DNA of 64,000 nucleotides from an uncultured Rhodospirillaceae bacterium (GCA_964390005.1 CAYMGM010000002.1:72796-136795); one strand, 5' to 3'; shown: positions 17,790 to 26,593, numbered from the stretch's first letter. Notes: generated from the sequence alone by a model not told the origin. Made by a program: numbers and translations.

Positions 17790-18904
17790 CCCCTTCGCAA
17801 AAAGTCACCGTATCGATCAGTAGTGCGCCGCGCGCTTATGACATTCAAATCGGCGACGGGCTTTTAAGCCAGCTAGGCACCTTTATTACCGATGCGTTGG
17901 GACCTCAGCGCCGTGCAATTATCGTGACCGATAGCCGGGTTGGGCCTTTGTATCTTGATAAGGCGCAGGCCTCGCTGGCCGCTGCCGGGCACAGCTTTGC
18001 CGAAGCCGTTATCGTCCCCGAAGGCGAAGCCAGCAAAAGCTTTGCCGAGCTTGAGCGCGTCACGCAGCTTGTTCTTGAACGCCGCATTGACCGCAACAGC
18101 CCGCTGATCGCCCTTGGCGGCGGCGTGATCGGCGATTTAGGCGGCCTTACCGCGACGCTCGTAAAGCGCGGGATTCCTATTGTTCAAGTACCGACGACGC
18201 TTTTGTCGCAAACCGACAGCTCGGTCGGCGGCAAAACGGCGATCGATACGCCGTTTGGCAAAAACACAATCGGCGCTTTCACGCAGCCCAATCTTGTCGT
18301 CATCGACGTCGCGACATTGGACACGCTGGATAAACGCCAAACGCTGGCCGGGTACGGCGAAGTCGTCAAATATGGCTTGATCAACGATGCCGCTTTTTTT
18401 GAATGGTGCGAGACCAACGGCGCGGCCCTGATCGCGGGCGACCGCGCGCGTCAGATCGAAGCGGTGCGCCATTGCTGCGCGGCCAAAGCTGCCATCGTCG
18501 CGCAAGACGAGCATGATCGCGGCGATGTCCGCGCCCTTCTCAATCTGGGGCATACTTTTGCCCACCCGATGGAGTTGGTTTGGGATTACACGGACAAGAT
18601 CCTGCATGGCGAGGCCGTCGCCATCGGCTGCGTAATGGCCTATCGCCTGTCGGCGGCGCTGGGGCTTTGCGATCCGACTTTGGCCGACCGCATCGCGGCA
18701 CATTTTGCCAGCCTTGGCCTTCCCGCACGCCCCCCCGAAGGCGCTTATAACGTCGATAAGCTGTTGGATATGATGAGCCAAGACAAAAAGGCCATGGGCG
18801 GGCAAATCACGCTGATTTTGACCAAGGGCTTGGGACAGGCCTATGTCGAAAAGAAAGCCCCCATCGACAAAATTCGCGAAGTTTGGCAAAGCGTTATCGG
18901 TTAA
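17786..18904 (+). CDS. aroB: 3-dehydroquinate synthase
   Basis: Length 372 aa. GGGVIGDLGG NAD-binding motif and conserved aroK-aroB operon order. Confidence 0.9.
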   Translation: MTPSQKVTVSISSAPRAYDIQIGDGLLSQLGTFITDALGPQRRAIIVTDSRVGPLYLDKAQASLAAAGHSFAEAVIVPEGEASKSFAELERVTQLVLERRIDRNSPLIALGGGVIGDLGGLTATLVKRGIPIVQVPTTLLSQTDSSVGGKTAIDTPFGKNTIGAFTQPNLVVIDVATLDTLDKRQTLAGYGEVVKYGLINDAAFFEWCETNGAALIAGDRARQIEAVRHCCAAKAAIVAQDEHDRGDVRALLNLGHTFAHPMELVWDYTDKILHGEAVAIGCVMAYRLSAALGLCDPTLADRIAAHFASLGLPARPPEGAYNVDKLLDMMSQDKKAMGGQITLILTKGLGQAYVEKKAPIDKIREVWQSVIG

Positions 18905-19007
18905 CTTCAGCGGCCAAAAAACGCGTTCCCAACCGGATAAAGGGCTGGCGCTGACGGCTAAAATAGCCTATGAAAGACGCGACATTTGGGGAAAGTTTCC
19001 CTGTCAA

Positions 19008-19084
19008 GGACCCGTAGCTCAGCTGGATAGAGCGTCGCCCTCCGAAGGCGAAGGCCGTGTGTTCGAATCACATCGGGTCCGCCA
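19008..19084 (+). tRNA. tRNA-Arg (anticodon CCG)
   Basis: GGACCCG-TA-GCTC-AGCTGGATA-GAGC-G-TCGCC-CTCCGAA-GGCGA-AGGCC-GTGTG-TTCGAAT-CACAT-CGGGTCC-G-CCA. Closely resembles E. coli tRNA-Arg(CCG). Confidence 0.85.
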
Positions 19085-19086
19085 TA
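19035..19086. repeat. attL: 52-bp direct repeat (3' half of tRNA-Arg), identical to 29458..29509
   Basis: Exact 52/52 match read directly: TCGCCCTCCGAAGGCGAAGGCCGTGTGTTCGAATCACATCGGGTCCGCCATA. Confidence 0.85.
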
Positions 19087-19130
19087 TAAAACAACACGAT
19101 AGAGACATCTCCCGCATTAACAAACTATAC

Positions 19131-19149
19131 CTAGCTAGCAGATAGCTAG
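19131..19149. promoter_or_regulatory. palindrome CTAGCTA-GCAGA-TAGCTAG about 45 bp inside attL; related to the palindrome at 29324-29346
   Basis: Read directly. Both island termini carry AGCTAGC-based inverted repeats, which may be recombinase or accessory-factor binding sites. Confidence 0.4.
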
Positions 19150-19435
19150 TAACAAGTATGACTACGGCCCCTCCCCCTAAGCTATTTTGAGCTACTTTTG
19201 ATATTTTCCAAGCCCTCGCATATCATCTCCCACAATTTCCAAATAATTTTATATACGATGCCCCAAAATGGCAGCAACACGACCATTTTTAAGCAGCTTA
19301 ACATTTTATAAACCATTGATTTATCAATTACTTTCTTTCCCATCCAGTAAAATCAAAGAAACGAAAGACCCTCTTTCCGGGAGTTCATTGGTTAATAAAT
19401 AATGAAACGATTTTGAAAAAGCATAAGGAGGCGCT

Positions 19436-19837
19436 ATGTTGAACCCATCAAAAGGTAAGATCCTTTATCTGAAGCCGGGACGCATGAACGACACTTCGCC
19501 CATCGTTATCGACGGTAATGATTGCAACGGTCCTTTCGGGGAACGTATTGGGCGCGTCTATACGCTGCAAATGCCCGAAGGTTCTTATCGAAAAGTGGCT
19601 ATATATGGCGATGATCTGCCACCCGAATATGCGCATGTCCTTTTTGTGAAAAAAGGAGCTGAGGGAGAAAAGAACCCTCTATCTCACAGAGACCCCAATG
19701 AAAGCACAAAAGGTCTTCCCGCTCTTCTTGCCGCGTTTGATCAAGAAACGGCATATGGGGCCAAACCAAAGGGAAGAACATCTTCGTCAGTGCCACGGCG
19801 AGACTTTTTGGATCCCAAAGCAGCCTGCGGATCATAG
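19436..19837 (+). CDS. island cargo gene A: hypothetical protein (133 aa)
   Basis: AGGAGG Shine-Dalgarno. First gene of a tight 3-gene operon with 30- and 53-bp gaps. No motif recognised. Confidence 0.5.
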   Translation: MLNPSKGKILYLKPGRMNDTSPIVIDGNDCNGPFGERIGRVYTLQMPEGSYRKVAIYGDDLPPEYAHVLFVKKGAEGEKNPLSHRDPNESTKGLPALLAAFDQETAYGAKPKGRTSSSVPRRDFLDPKAACGS

Positions 19838-19867
19838 TTGCCACTGCGTTAAGCAAGGGAAGCAACT

Positions 19868-20752
19868 ATGGCTATACCCAAAAGGACGGCAGTGCTTGCC
19901 GCGACAGAGATTGGGCTTTGGTTGAAAGACCTGTCTCTTTGCGACCACTTTGAACTTGCCAGCAGCGAATGGCTTTTGCCCGAAGCGCGAGCCATCGGAA
20001 CATATTTAAAGATCTTGATGAAACGCAAGGGGGTGTGCCATCTCTTTGCCCCGGCTTCTCGGATTTTATGCTATTCCGGGCCTCGCAAATATGTGGATAG
20101 GGCCTGTCGAAAGGTAACAGTAGACCCCAATCACGACCGAGCCATCTATCTTGCCGATCACGGTCTTTACACATTGTTGGAACGCACAAGCATGGGCCAA
20201 CACTTGGACAATTATGTAAAACGAGAACCAGATCCCTTAAAAAGAACGCTTTATGGCTTTTTGAAAAGCATCTATGTCACAGAAAAAATAGATGTAAATA
20301 TTAGGGAAGAACAAAAGAAGCGAGCGCAAAAGCAAGGCGATCTTTTGATGGGGTTTGTGTCGGCGGCTTATATCTTTACATCACGGGATCATGTCGAAAC
20401 CGTGGTAGCCGGGGCCAGTTTTGAAAAAGTATTCTACCTGTTTGAGCTTCCCGCGCTGATGCTGAATCCAGAAATCAAAACGATCAACGCCGTATCGGCA
20501 GACCGTTTCAGAAAGATCTATTTTTCCGGCCATCCCAACGCCGCCTATGAAACATATAAAATGATTTGCGAAAGCGAAGTCGCCCTTTTCAAGAAAAGAG
20601 CCAAGGCTGCAGGAAAAGGGACGCCGTCTTGGCAACTGTGGAAAGAACAACACGCCGTTTGGCAGGCGGATTTGAGCCAATTTAGAGCTGTTAGCGTCTT
20701 TCGCGGCATTTTATCGAAAAAGGCGCTTTGCGCGGGGGCTGGGGTGGCTTGA
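19868..20752 (+). CDS. island cargo gene B: hypothetical protein (294 aa)
   Basis: Long ORF in AT-rich DNA. No motif recognised. Confidence 0.55.
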   Translation: MAIPKRTAVLAATEIGLWLKDLSLCDHFELASSEWLLPEARAIGTYLKILMKRKGVCHLFAPASRILCYSGPRKYVDRACRKVTVDPNHDRAIYLADHGLYTLLERTSMGQHLDNYVKREPDPLKRTLYGFLKSIYVTEKIDVNIREEQKKRAQKQGDLLMGFVSAAYIFTSRDHVETVVAGASFEKVFYLFELPALMLNPEIKTINAVSADRFRKIYFSGHPNAAYETYKMICESEVALFKKRAKAAGKGTPSWQLWKEQHAVWQADLSQFRAVSVFRGILSKKALCAGAGVA

Positions 20753-20805
20753 TCGGTTGCAAAGTCTTGTGGCATAGATCGCATGATATTTGATGATGAA
20801 TTGCT

Positions 20806-21612
20806 TTGACAGGTTTAAGCATGCGTAAGGTCTATTACGGAGAAGATGGCGATCTTGTCAATCTTCGAACCTTTGTCGAGAGACAAGGCCCCGATCCCAA
20901 TAAATGGACGCTCCAACCCATTTGCAAGGGCTGCGGGCGGGTCGTTACCCCCATCAATGTCAAAGTCGTCTTGGGGTTTAGCGAAGTTAGCGAAGAAGTC
21001 GCCCAAAGAGCCGGGGAAATGGGAAGGAAGCCTCAAGCCCCTCATTTCCGTCATAAAGATGGCGAAGGCGAAGGTTGCCCTTATGACGACAGAAAGGACC
21101 CTCTTTTCGCGCCATTTCATGAAAATGAATTCGATATAAGAGCGAGGGAGCGCGTGCGTGATGTGTTGTTCTCGCCAGAAGTAAAGGCAATGAACGGGGC
21201 CATGATGCGCATGCTGTATTGGCATTTGACCGGAAAGTGGGCAATCCCAGACGGAGACGGAAAAGCAATATGGCGCTTCGCTGAAAAGAGAGTTTGCAGC
21301 ATGTCCGTTCTTATTCAACGTCCGTGGATCTTTCCATTTGCTCAAATACTTTTTGCGGGGGCGCGGGATGCTTACTTTAAAGGCGTCAAAACGCCTTTGC
21401 AGTTTCTTCCCATGGGAAAACAGGCTTTCGAATTTCGAGATTTTGAAGGCAGAAAAAGACATGCCGAGCTTCCACAGGGCGTCGGCCTTTATTTCGCGAG
21501 CAACTTTGCTGAGTTTCGTTCGCGCGGACAGGACAGGCAACATGTCCGTTATGAACTCTCGGAACAAGGGGTCATCAAGATCGCAGAGGCTTCAAGAGCA
21601 ACGTTTGGATAA
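20806..21612 (+). CDS. island cargo gene C: hypothetical protein (268 aa) with a possible Cys/His zinc-ribbon-like motif
   Basis: C-x2-C (CKGCGR), a later HFRH and then CPYDD. No family recognised. Confidence 0.5.
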   Translation: MTGLSMRKVYYGEDGDLVNLRTFVERQGPDPNKWTLQPICKGCGRVVTPINVKVVLGFSEVSEEVAQRAGEMGRKPQAPHFRHKDGEGEGCPYDDRKDPLFAPFHENEFDIRARERVRDVLFSPEVKAMNGAMMRMLYWHLTGKWAIPDGDGKAIWRFAEKRVCSMSVLIQRPWIFPFAQILFAGARDAYFKGVKTPLQFLPMGKQAFEFRDFEGRKRHAELPQGVGLYFASNFAEFRSRGQDRQHVRYELSEQGVIKIAEASRATFG

Positions 21613-22032
21613 AGAAAAATTGCGCAAAGCATCATTATGCGTGCACCATACAAACCTATTCAAAATGTGTTTTTTCTTGGCACTTTTACAGTTTTCTTCC
21701 ACCGTCTTTGACAGAGTGAGGGATTTCCCATCTTCGGGGTATCGAAACCTCACCTGTAGCGGTTGTCTTGCTCTGCCTGTCCGAAAACAGCGCGTTTTCT
21801 AAAACAGACTCAGCACGACGAAGACGTTGGTTTTTTGGTCCAGCGCTGATTGACGTTGCCGAAACAAACGTTGCCCCCGGCTTATCGGCTGGAAGGCAGG
21901 CGCGGACATCCAAGCCTTGCGGCCAAAGGCCCTTGCATCGTCTACAGGCGATTTCGAACTCCCAGCCACCAGCGGGTGAACCCCGTTGGTTGGCTCTTGC
22001 GAAACTTACTTGCTTTTGCAAAGGAGAAGCCG

Positions 22033-22320
22033 ATGCTTTGTAGAAACGATGGATGGCTCTTTGTCGTCCCGCTCATGTGTTTTGTGTTCTTGGGGGCTCT
22101 CACAGCATATGCAGAGCAAAATGAGAAACAACCGCACCCGCCCGAACGATCAGCGTTCTTATTGCTAAACGTAGAAAATCAAATACCAGAAAACTGGCCA
22201 AGCCAAAGCCATCCTGAATACAGGGGATGCTGTTCACATCATGGCGGGGTCTGCGGTTGCAGTGGTGGAAGCGCCTCTTGCTGCGATGGCGCAATCAGCC
22301 CGACTTGCGGCTGCAATTAA
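22033..22320 (+). CDS. small secreted Cys-rich protein, DUF3761-like (CSHHGGV core motif)
   Basis: AAGGAGA Shine-Dalgarno 8 nt upstream of the ATG at 22033, so the ORF-track 5' extension is probably not translated. Signal peptide WLFVVPLMCFVFLGALTAYA. C-terminal GCCSHHGGVCGCSGGSASCCDGAISPTCGCN. Confidence 0.5.
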   Translation: MLCRNDGWLFVVPLMCFVFLGALTAYAEQNEKQPHPPERSAFLLLNVENQIPENWPSQSHPEYRGCCSHHGGVCGCSGGSASCCDGAISPTCGCN

Positions 22321-22334
22321 GCGAGGATGGCATT

Positions 22335-22847
22335 ATGAAGCGCATCCCGCGATTCCTTGCTCTGCTGTTTTGGGTTTCTGTTTTTTCATTACAGGTTTGT
22401 TATGCCGATAACGTTTCGTTGGAAGCAGCCTTTTCGCCAAGGCAGGGCGCAACCGAGCTTGTTGTAAAAACGATCAATGAAGCCCAAGAAAGCGTACGAT
22501 TGGCTGGGTATTCTTTTACTTCTCGGCGTGTTGCCGCGTCTCTTGTTGCCGCAATGCGACGCGGTATTGACGTTAAAGTCGTTCTGGATAAAAGCCAAGA
22601 TAACAACCGGAGCCTGGCTGGGCTACTGAAAGAAAACAACGTCCCGGTGCGGATCAATCGTCGTTATTCTATCATGCATAACAAGTTCATCGTCGTTGAT
22701 AACAAGGCTCTGGAACTTGGAAGCTTCAACTATTCTAGGGCTGCCGAGGAACGAAACGCCGAGAATGTATTGGTTATTCGCGGCGCACCTTCTATCGTCG
22801 CAGACTATGCCCGACAATGGGACAAGCTTTGGGGTGAGGCCGAGTAA
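22335..22847 (+). CDS. periplasmic phospholipase-D-family endonuclease (Nuc-like, single HKD motif)
   Basis: GAGGA Shine-Dalgarno. Signal peptide MKRIPRFLALLFWVSVFSLQVCYA. HKD motif MHNKFIVVDNKALELGSFNYS. Size and layout match plasmid pKM101 Nuc. Confidence 0.7.
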   Translation: MKRIPRFLALLFWVSVFSLQVCYADNVSLEAAFSPRQGATELVVKTINEAQESVRLAGYSFTSRRVAASLVAAMRRGIDVKVVLDKSQDNNRSLAGLLKENNVPVRINRRYSIMHNKFIVVDNKALELGSFNYSRAAEERNAENVLVIRGAPSIVADYARQWDKLWGEAE

Positions 22848-22920
22848 CCATACAAAAGAAAATATGGCCCTTGCATTGGTTTGAACACCAACAGTATTAT
22901 TAATCAACATTGGCTGCTAA

Positions 22921-23640
22921 ATGGAGGTTGTAAACATTTCTATGAGAAAAGTTTTCACATTGTCAGCCTTTGTCTTCATGCTTTGTTTTGGAACTTCTGC
23001 TTCTGGCTTAGTCACAGAAACAGGGCGAGTTATGCCATTCAAAATTCTATGTGCCATTCGAAACCCATTTTTTCAAAATAATATGGTGGCGGCGCAAATT
23101 TCCATAACCGTTGAAGGCGGTACACCCATCGATTGGATGGCGACAGGAATTTATGTTGCCGAGAATTCTATAATTAATGGTGTAACCTTTAGTGAGGTTG
23201 AGGTTTATGTGCCATCTCCTTGGGGGGACCAGCCCCCAACACTTTCCAAGCAGTTGGCAAATGTTTATTACGCACCAGATCCTGCGCATTCTCCATGGAA
23301 AGAACGGTGGCAAATCACAGCCGCAGATCATGCGGGAACTCTTGCTGATATTGAGTACCAAAAATTACAAAACGATCTCATTGAGAAATACGCTGGCCAA
23401 TACTCTGATCCTGATGTCCTTACAAAAAAAGTCGATGCAGAGGCAAAAAAAATCGTCACTCACAAATACAGACTTACACCTAAATGGAAACCCGACATGA
23501 ATTTGGGTTTAAAAGGAAAGCTACATGATCGAGCTGAAATTAATGTGGTGAGTTTAGGAAAAGATCAATATCCGCTATCCTTGATGGCAAAGTGTTTAAG
23601 AAACCCACCTGCAGCAAATACATGCCAGCAGTCTCGATAA
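22921..23640 (+). CDS. secreted hypothetical protein (alternative start MRKVF at 22942)
   Basis: Signal peptide MRKVFTLSAFVFMLCFGTSASG. Lowest-GC stretch in the window. Confidence 0.5.
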   Translation: MEVVNISMRKVFTLSAFVFMLCFGTSASGLVTETGRVMPFKILCAIRNPFFQNNMVAAQISITVEGGTPIDWMATGIYVAENSIINGVTFSEVEVYVPSPWGDQPPTLSKQLANVYYAPDPAHSPWKERWQITAADHAGTLADIEYQKLQNDLIEKYAGQYSDPDVLTKKVDAEAKKIVTHKYRLTPKWKPDMNLGLKGKLHDRAEINVVSLGKDQYPLSLMAKCLRNPPAANTCQQSR

Positions 23641-23645
23641 CGCTT

Positions 23646-24194
23646 CTAAACAGTAGATGCTTCTAATCCCGTTGTTTCGCGATTAAAGGTTTGAAAGCCG
23701 CCTTTACCGCAATCGATCCGCGCCGTGTCGGTTGTGATGGCTATAACGCTTCGCCCCTCCAGCGCGGGAACAAGCCCCATAGCATCATAACGGATTTCTG
23801 GCGCGCGAGGATCGACGCCAAAGATGTCCGATGCTTTCCAGCCCAATGCCGCCGCTTTGTCGCCCCATTTATCCAAAAACAGTCCCCCATCATTTAATAA
23901 TTGTTCCCAGCGTTCGATTGCATAAGCCGAGGGGCGCGGCATAGTGCAGAGCGCCGCAAACCCTTCGGACCATTCTTTGGGTACACCGTTCGCCTCAATA
24001 AGCGCTGCACGTTCTTCCCAAGCGTCAGGATCAAGTTCTAAAGAAACGGGCGTTATTTTTTCCGCCATCTGTTGTTCAGAATGTTCAGAACGTTCAAAAC
24101 AACCCAACACGTCCTCATTCTGAACAAATTGAACATTTTGAACAGGCGCGATCACATGTTGGCTTTTCTCAAGCATTGCAAACCAGCGGCTCAT
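23646..24194 (-). CDS. hypothetical protein downstream of the primase; N-terminus uncertain, start may be at 24068
   Basis: Its start overlaps the primase stop. The first 40 codons coincide with the iteron cluster, so the true start may be the internal Met MAEKITPV. Confidence 0.4.
   Translation of the reverse strand: MSRWFAMLEKSQHVIAPVQNVQFVQNEDVLGCFERSEHSEQQMAEKITPVSLELDPDAWEERAALIEANGVPKEWSEGFAALCTMPRPSAYAIERWEQLLNDGGLFLDKWGDKAAALGWKASDIFGVDPRAPEIRYDAMGLVPALEGRSVIAITTDTARIDCGKGGFQTFNRETTGLEASTV
24073..24144. promoter_or_regulatory. iteron cluster: 3 direct 9-bp repeats TGTTCA(G/A)AA, an 18-bp spacer, then 3 inverted copies; putative replication origin for the adjacent primase
   Basis: Read directly: tgttcagaa tgttcagaa cgttcaaaa ... 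ttctgaaca aattgaaca ttttgaaca. As I recall, the phage P4 ori and crr are built from TGTTCACC octamers bound by the alpha protein. Confidence 0.45.
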
Positions 24195-26593
24195 GATAAG
24201 CCCCCTGCCACCATGGGGTTGACTTCCCAGTCACTGCGTTTACGCCCAATAAGAGCGAGCCCTGCGCGCCGGATCCAGCCATCACGTTCAAGAATGTTAA
24301 AAGCGGCTTGTCTTGGGGCCTTCTTTCGCAAGTGACCAAAACCTGACGTTTGATACAAGGTTCTCTCGTTAATCAAGTCGGCTTTATTGTTGACGATAAA
24401 GCGCATGATCGAAACGGCATCTGTTTCAGCTTCGTCAACGGCTAGCCCATGGAGAACCCGATCAAACATCGCCTCCAGATAATCAAGATAGGTACAGGCA
24501 TGCGCCATAGAGGCAGCGGAAATATCATGCGGTTCGGATGCCGAGGAATCAATGGCCCAGCGAAGATACTCTATCGTCAGAGCAAGGCGAAGAGCGCGGG
24601 CGGGCGTCTTCCCGTGCCATCCTGCGGCCAATCCTTTGGCGTCTCTTGCCTTCTCAATCGCTTCATGGCGGGCCGTTTCAAACAAGCGCATAGCTTCGTC
24701 TGATAAGCGGACAATCCGAGGCGAGACGCTTCCATCTTTGTCTTCATCCATTTGAAGACCACGTAAACGCCGCACCAACACCAACAGAAAGTCGCGTCTT
24801 TTTTGACTTTCGATATGATCTTCTTCTCTCAACGGGGCATAGGGTGCCAGCCGTGGCCAAACGTAACAAAAACGGGCGGAAAGCCCATCATCTGCCCCAG
24901 CCATTGCTTCGCGCAATTTGTCGGGCTGAAGGCCGCCCAGAATGGCAAGCGAAGCGTAAGGCACAACAACGGGCTTCCCCGCATTCTTGACAAGATCAAC
25001 GCTAAAACGCCCACCGTTCCAACTTTCCAGATAAAAACTCCGATCTGCCCCTGCGCCGCTGTAACGGTCAAAACTACCAAGCCAGCCCGAAAGTTCATCC
25101 CGCAAAAGCAACAGGCCTTTTGGATTTCGGCTTAATATGTTTGTCGTTTCCTGCGTTGTCGATTCACAAAGTAGAACGCGGGGTTCCACGGGGGCCTCAG
25201 GGATTTGCGCCTCTGGCGGCATCGGTGGCGCAGGAAAGCCATCTTTTGCTGCCTTTGCAATATCGCTTTCCCAGAGCTTGCGCTTCGCGTTGGCAAAAGC
25301 GCATTTCGTCTCATGGTCGATCATTTGTGTTTGCCATGCCGGACTCGCGTCTGCCTCCAGCGTTTTGCAAACTTCCGTAAAAACCTGTTGGGATGGTGTT
25401 TTGCCTCCGCTTGGCGGTGAAACAATAGCACCCCAAATATGAGGCGGTTCAACCCAATCCCCTGTTGCTGCAATGCGCCGAGCATTACCTAAGCAAGCGC
25501 TGGCAACTGTCAGAAGGTTCAGGGCAACGAAATCCACAGGACAAGCCTTTGCCACGGCCATATCTTGGCACCACGCCCACAAGGCGGGAGGCAAACTGTC
25601 CGGGTCAAAGGTCGGTGGGGCTATATCTTCATTCCGATATAAGGACAGGTCGGGTTCGGGCCAAGGAAGCCCAGAGCTATTGGTCATTGGCATTTTTTCT
25701 TCCACGCGAATGTTTTTAAGCTGGCTCTTGACGGCTTCCAATCCTTCCAAAATGTGAAGGTCGTTAAAGTCAGTCGGGCGGGTGGTTGTGTCTTTGAATG
25801 TCGGGAAAACGACGCCGCAGCCAAACTTTGAAGCCATGGCCTCGGCTTTCGTGCGTCCCGCGTTACCCTTTTCGGGCTTCCATCGATCATCGTCGCCCGC
25901 AAGGACAAGACAGAGCTTGGGATTCCGTTCACGCAAAGCAGTAACGACAGGTTCAAGATTCCCGGCATCAAAGGCCACGATGACAGGTTGTCCTGTTGCC
26001 ATATAAAGGCTGGCCCCTGTGGCGTAGCCCTCTGCCACATAGGCAAAGGTAATATCAGACAAGACCGCCGCACCGATCAGGTGAAAGCAACCTTTCTTCC
26101 GCGCCCCTTCTTGAAAAAGCTTACGCCCGTCTTTGTCGATGGTTTGAATGTTCCAAAGCTTTCCATCAACATCACGCAAGGGAAGGATTAGGGTTTCCGG
26201 TGCGTTGACCCCTTGCTTCAATCCATAAGCTTTGACACGCTTTACAGAAAGATATGGCGTTGTCTGAGCCTCTGGAAGCTTTTCCCAATACTTTGTCAGC
26301 CGTGCCGCGGTCGCTTGTTGTTGGTCCCGTTCTTGGTTTTCTCGCCGCCGTCTTTCTTGTTCGATTTGCTCGGCCTGTCTTTGTTGTTCGGATTGGGTTA
26401 ACCGCGCCCCGCCGTTAGACCATTTTCCGTTAACCCCGCCCGCCCAATCGCCAAAAGCGCCGTGATCGCCATAAAAGACATACCACGCATCCGGGGCTTT
26501 GCGTCCGTTGGGTCTAAAGCGATGGATTTTTCCATCTGGAACCAACCCTCCCGGTGGCGCTCCGATCCCTGCCGCTAACATGGCCTCAAGCAT
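24191..26593 (-). CDS. P4-alpha-like DNA primase/helicase (N-terminal zinc-binding/primase region, TOPRIM, C-terminal DUF3987-like helicase-type domain)
   Basis: TOPRIM-like AYVAEGYATGASLYMATGQPVIVAFDAGNL. P-loop-like SPPSGGKT. Length 800 aa, close to P4 alpha at 777 aa. Confidence 0.65.
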   Translation of the reverse strand: MLEAMLAAGIGAPPGGLVPDGKIHRFRPNGRKAPDAWYVFYGDHGAFGDWAGGVNGKWSNGGARLTQSEQQRQAEQIEQERRRRENQERDQQQATAARLTKYWEKLPEAQTTPYLSVKRVKAYGLKQGVNAPETLILPLRDVDGKLWNIQTIDKDGRKLFQEGARKKGCFHLIGAAVLSDITFAYVAEGYATGASLYMATGQPVIVAFDAGNLEPVVTALRERNPKLCLVLAGDDDRWKPEKGNAGRTKAEAMASKFGCGVVFPTFKDTTTRPTDFNDLHILEGLEAVKSQLKNIRVEEKMPMTNSSGLPWPEPDLSLYRNEDIAPPTFDPDSLPPALWAWCQDMAVAKACPVDFVALNLLTVASACLGNARRIAATGDWVEPPHIWGAIVSPPSGGKTPSQQVFTEVCKTLEADASPAWQTQMIDHETKCAFANAKRKLWESDIAKAAKDGFPAPPMPPEAQIPEAPVEPRVLLCESTTQETTNILSRNPKGLLLLRDELSGWLGSFDRYSGAGADRSFYLESWNGGRFSVDLVKNAGKPVVVPYASLAILGGLQPDKLREAMAGADDGLSARFCYVWPRLAPYAPLREEDHIESQKRRDFLLVLVRRLRGLQMDEDKDGSVSPRIVRLSDEAMRLFETARHEAIEKARDAKGLAAGWHGKTPARALRLALTIEYLRWAIDSSASEPHDISAASMAHACTYLDYLEAMFDRVLHGLAVDEAETDAVSIMRFIVNNKADLINERTLYQTSGFGHLRKKAPRQAAFNILERDGWIRRAGLALIGRKRSDWEVNPMVAGGLS

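Noticed and set aside
18137-18889. 250-aa minus-strand ORF inside aroB
   Set aside because: It lies antisense to a well-supported 3-dehydroquinate synthase. It has no motif and an Arg/Ala-rich composition.
21338-21802. 154-aa ORF overlapping the 3' end of cargo gene C and the following spacer
   Set aside because: It is out of frame with gene C, has no ribosome-binding site and has odd composition. It is more likely spurious.
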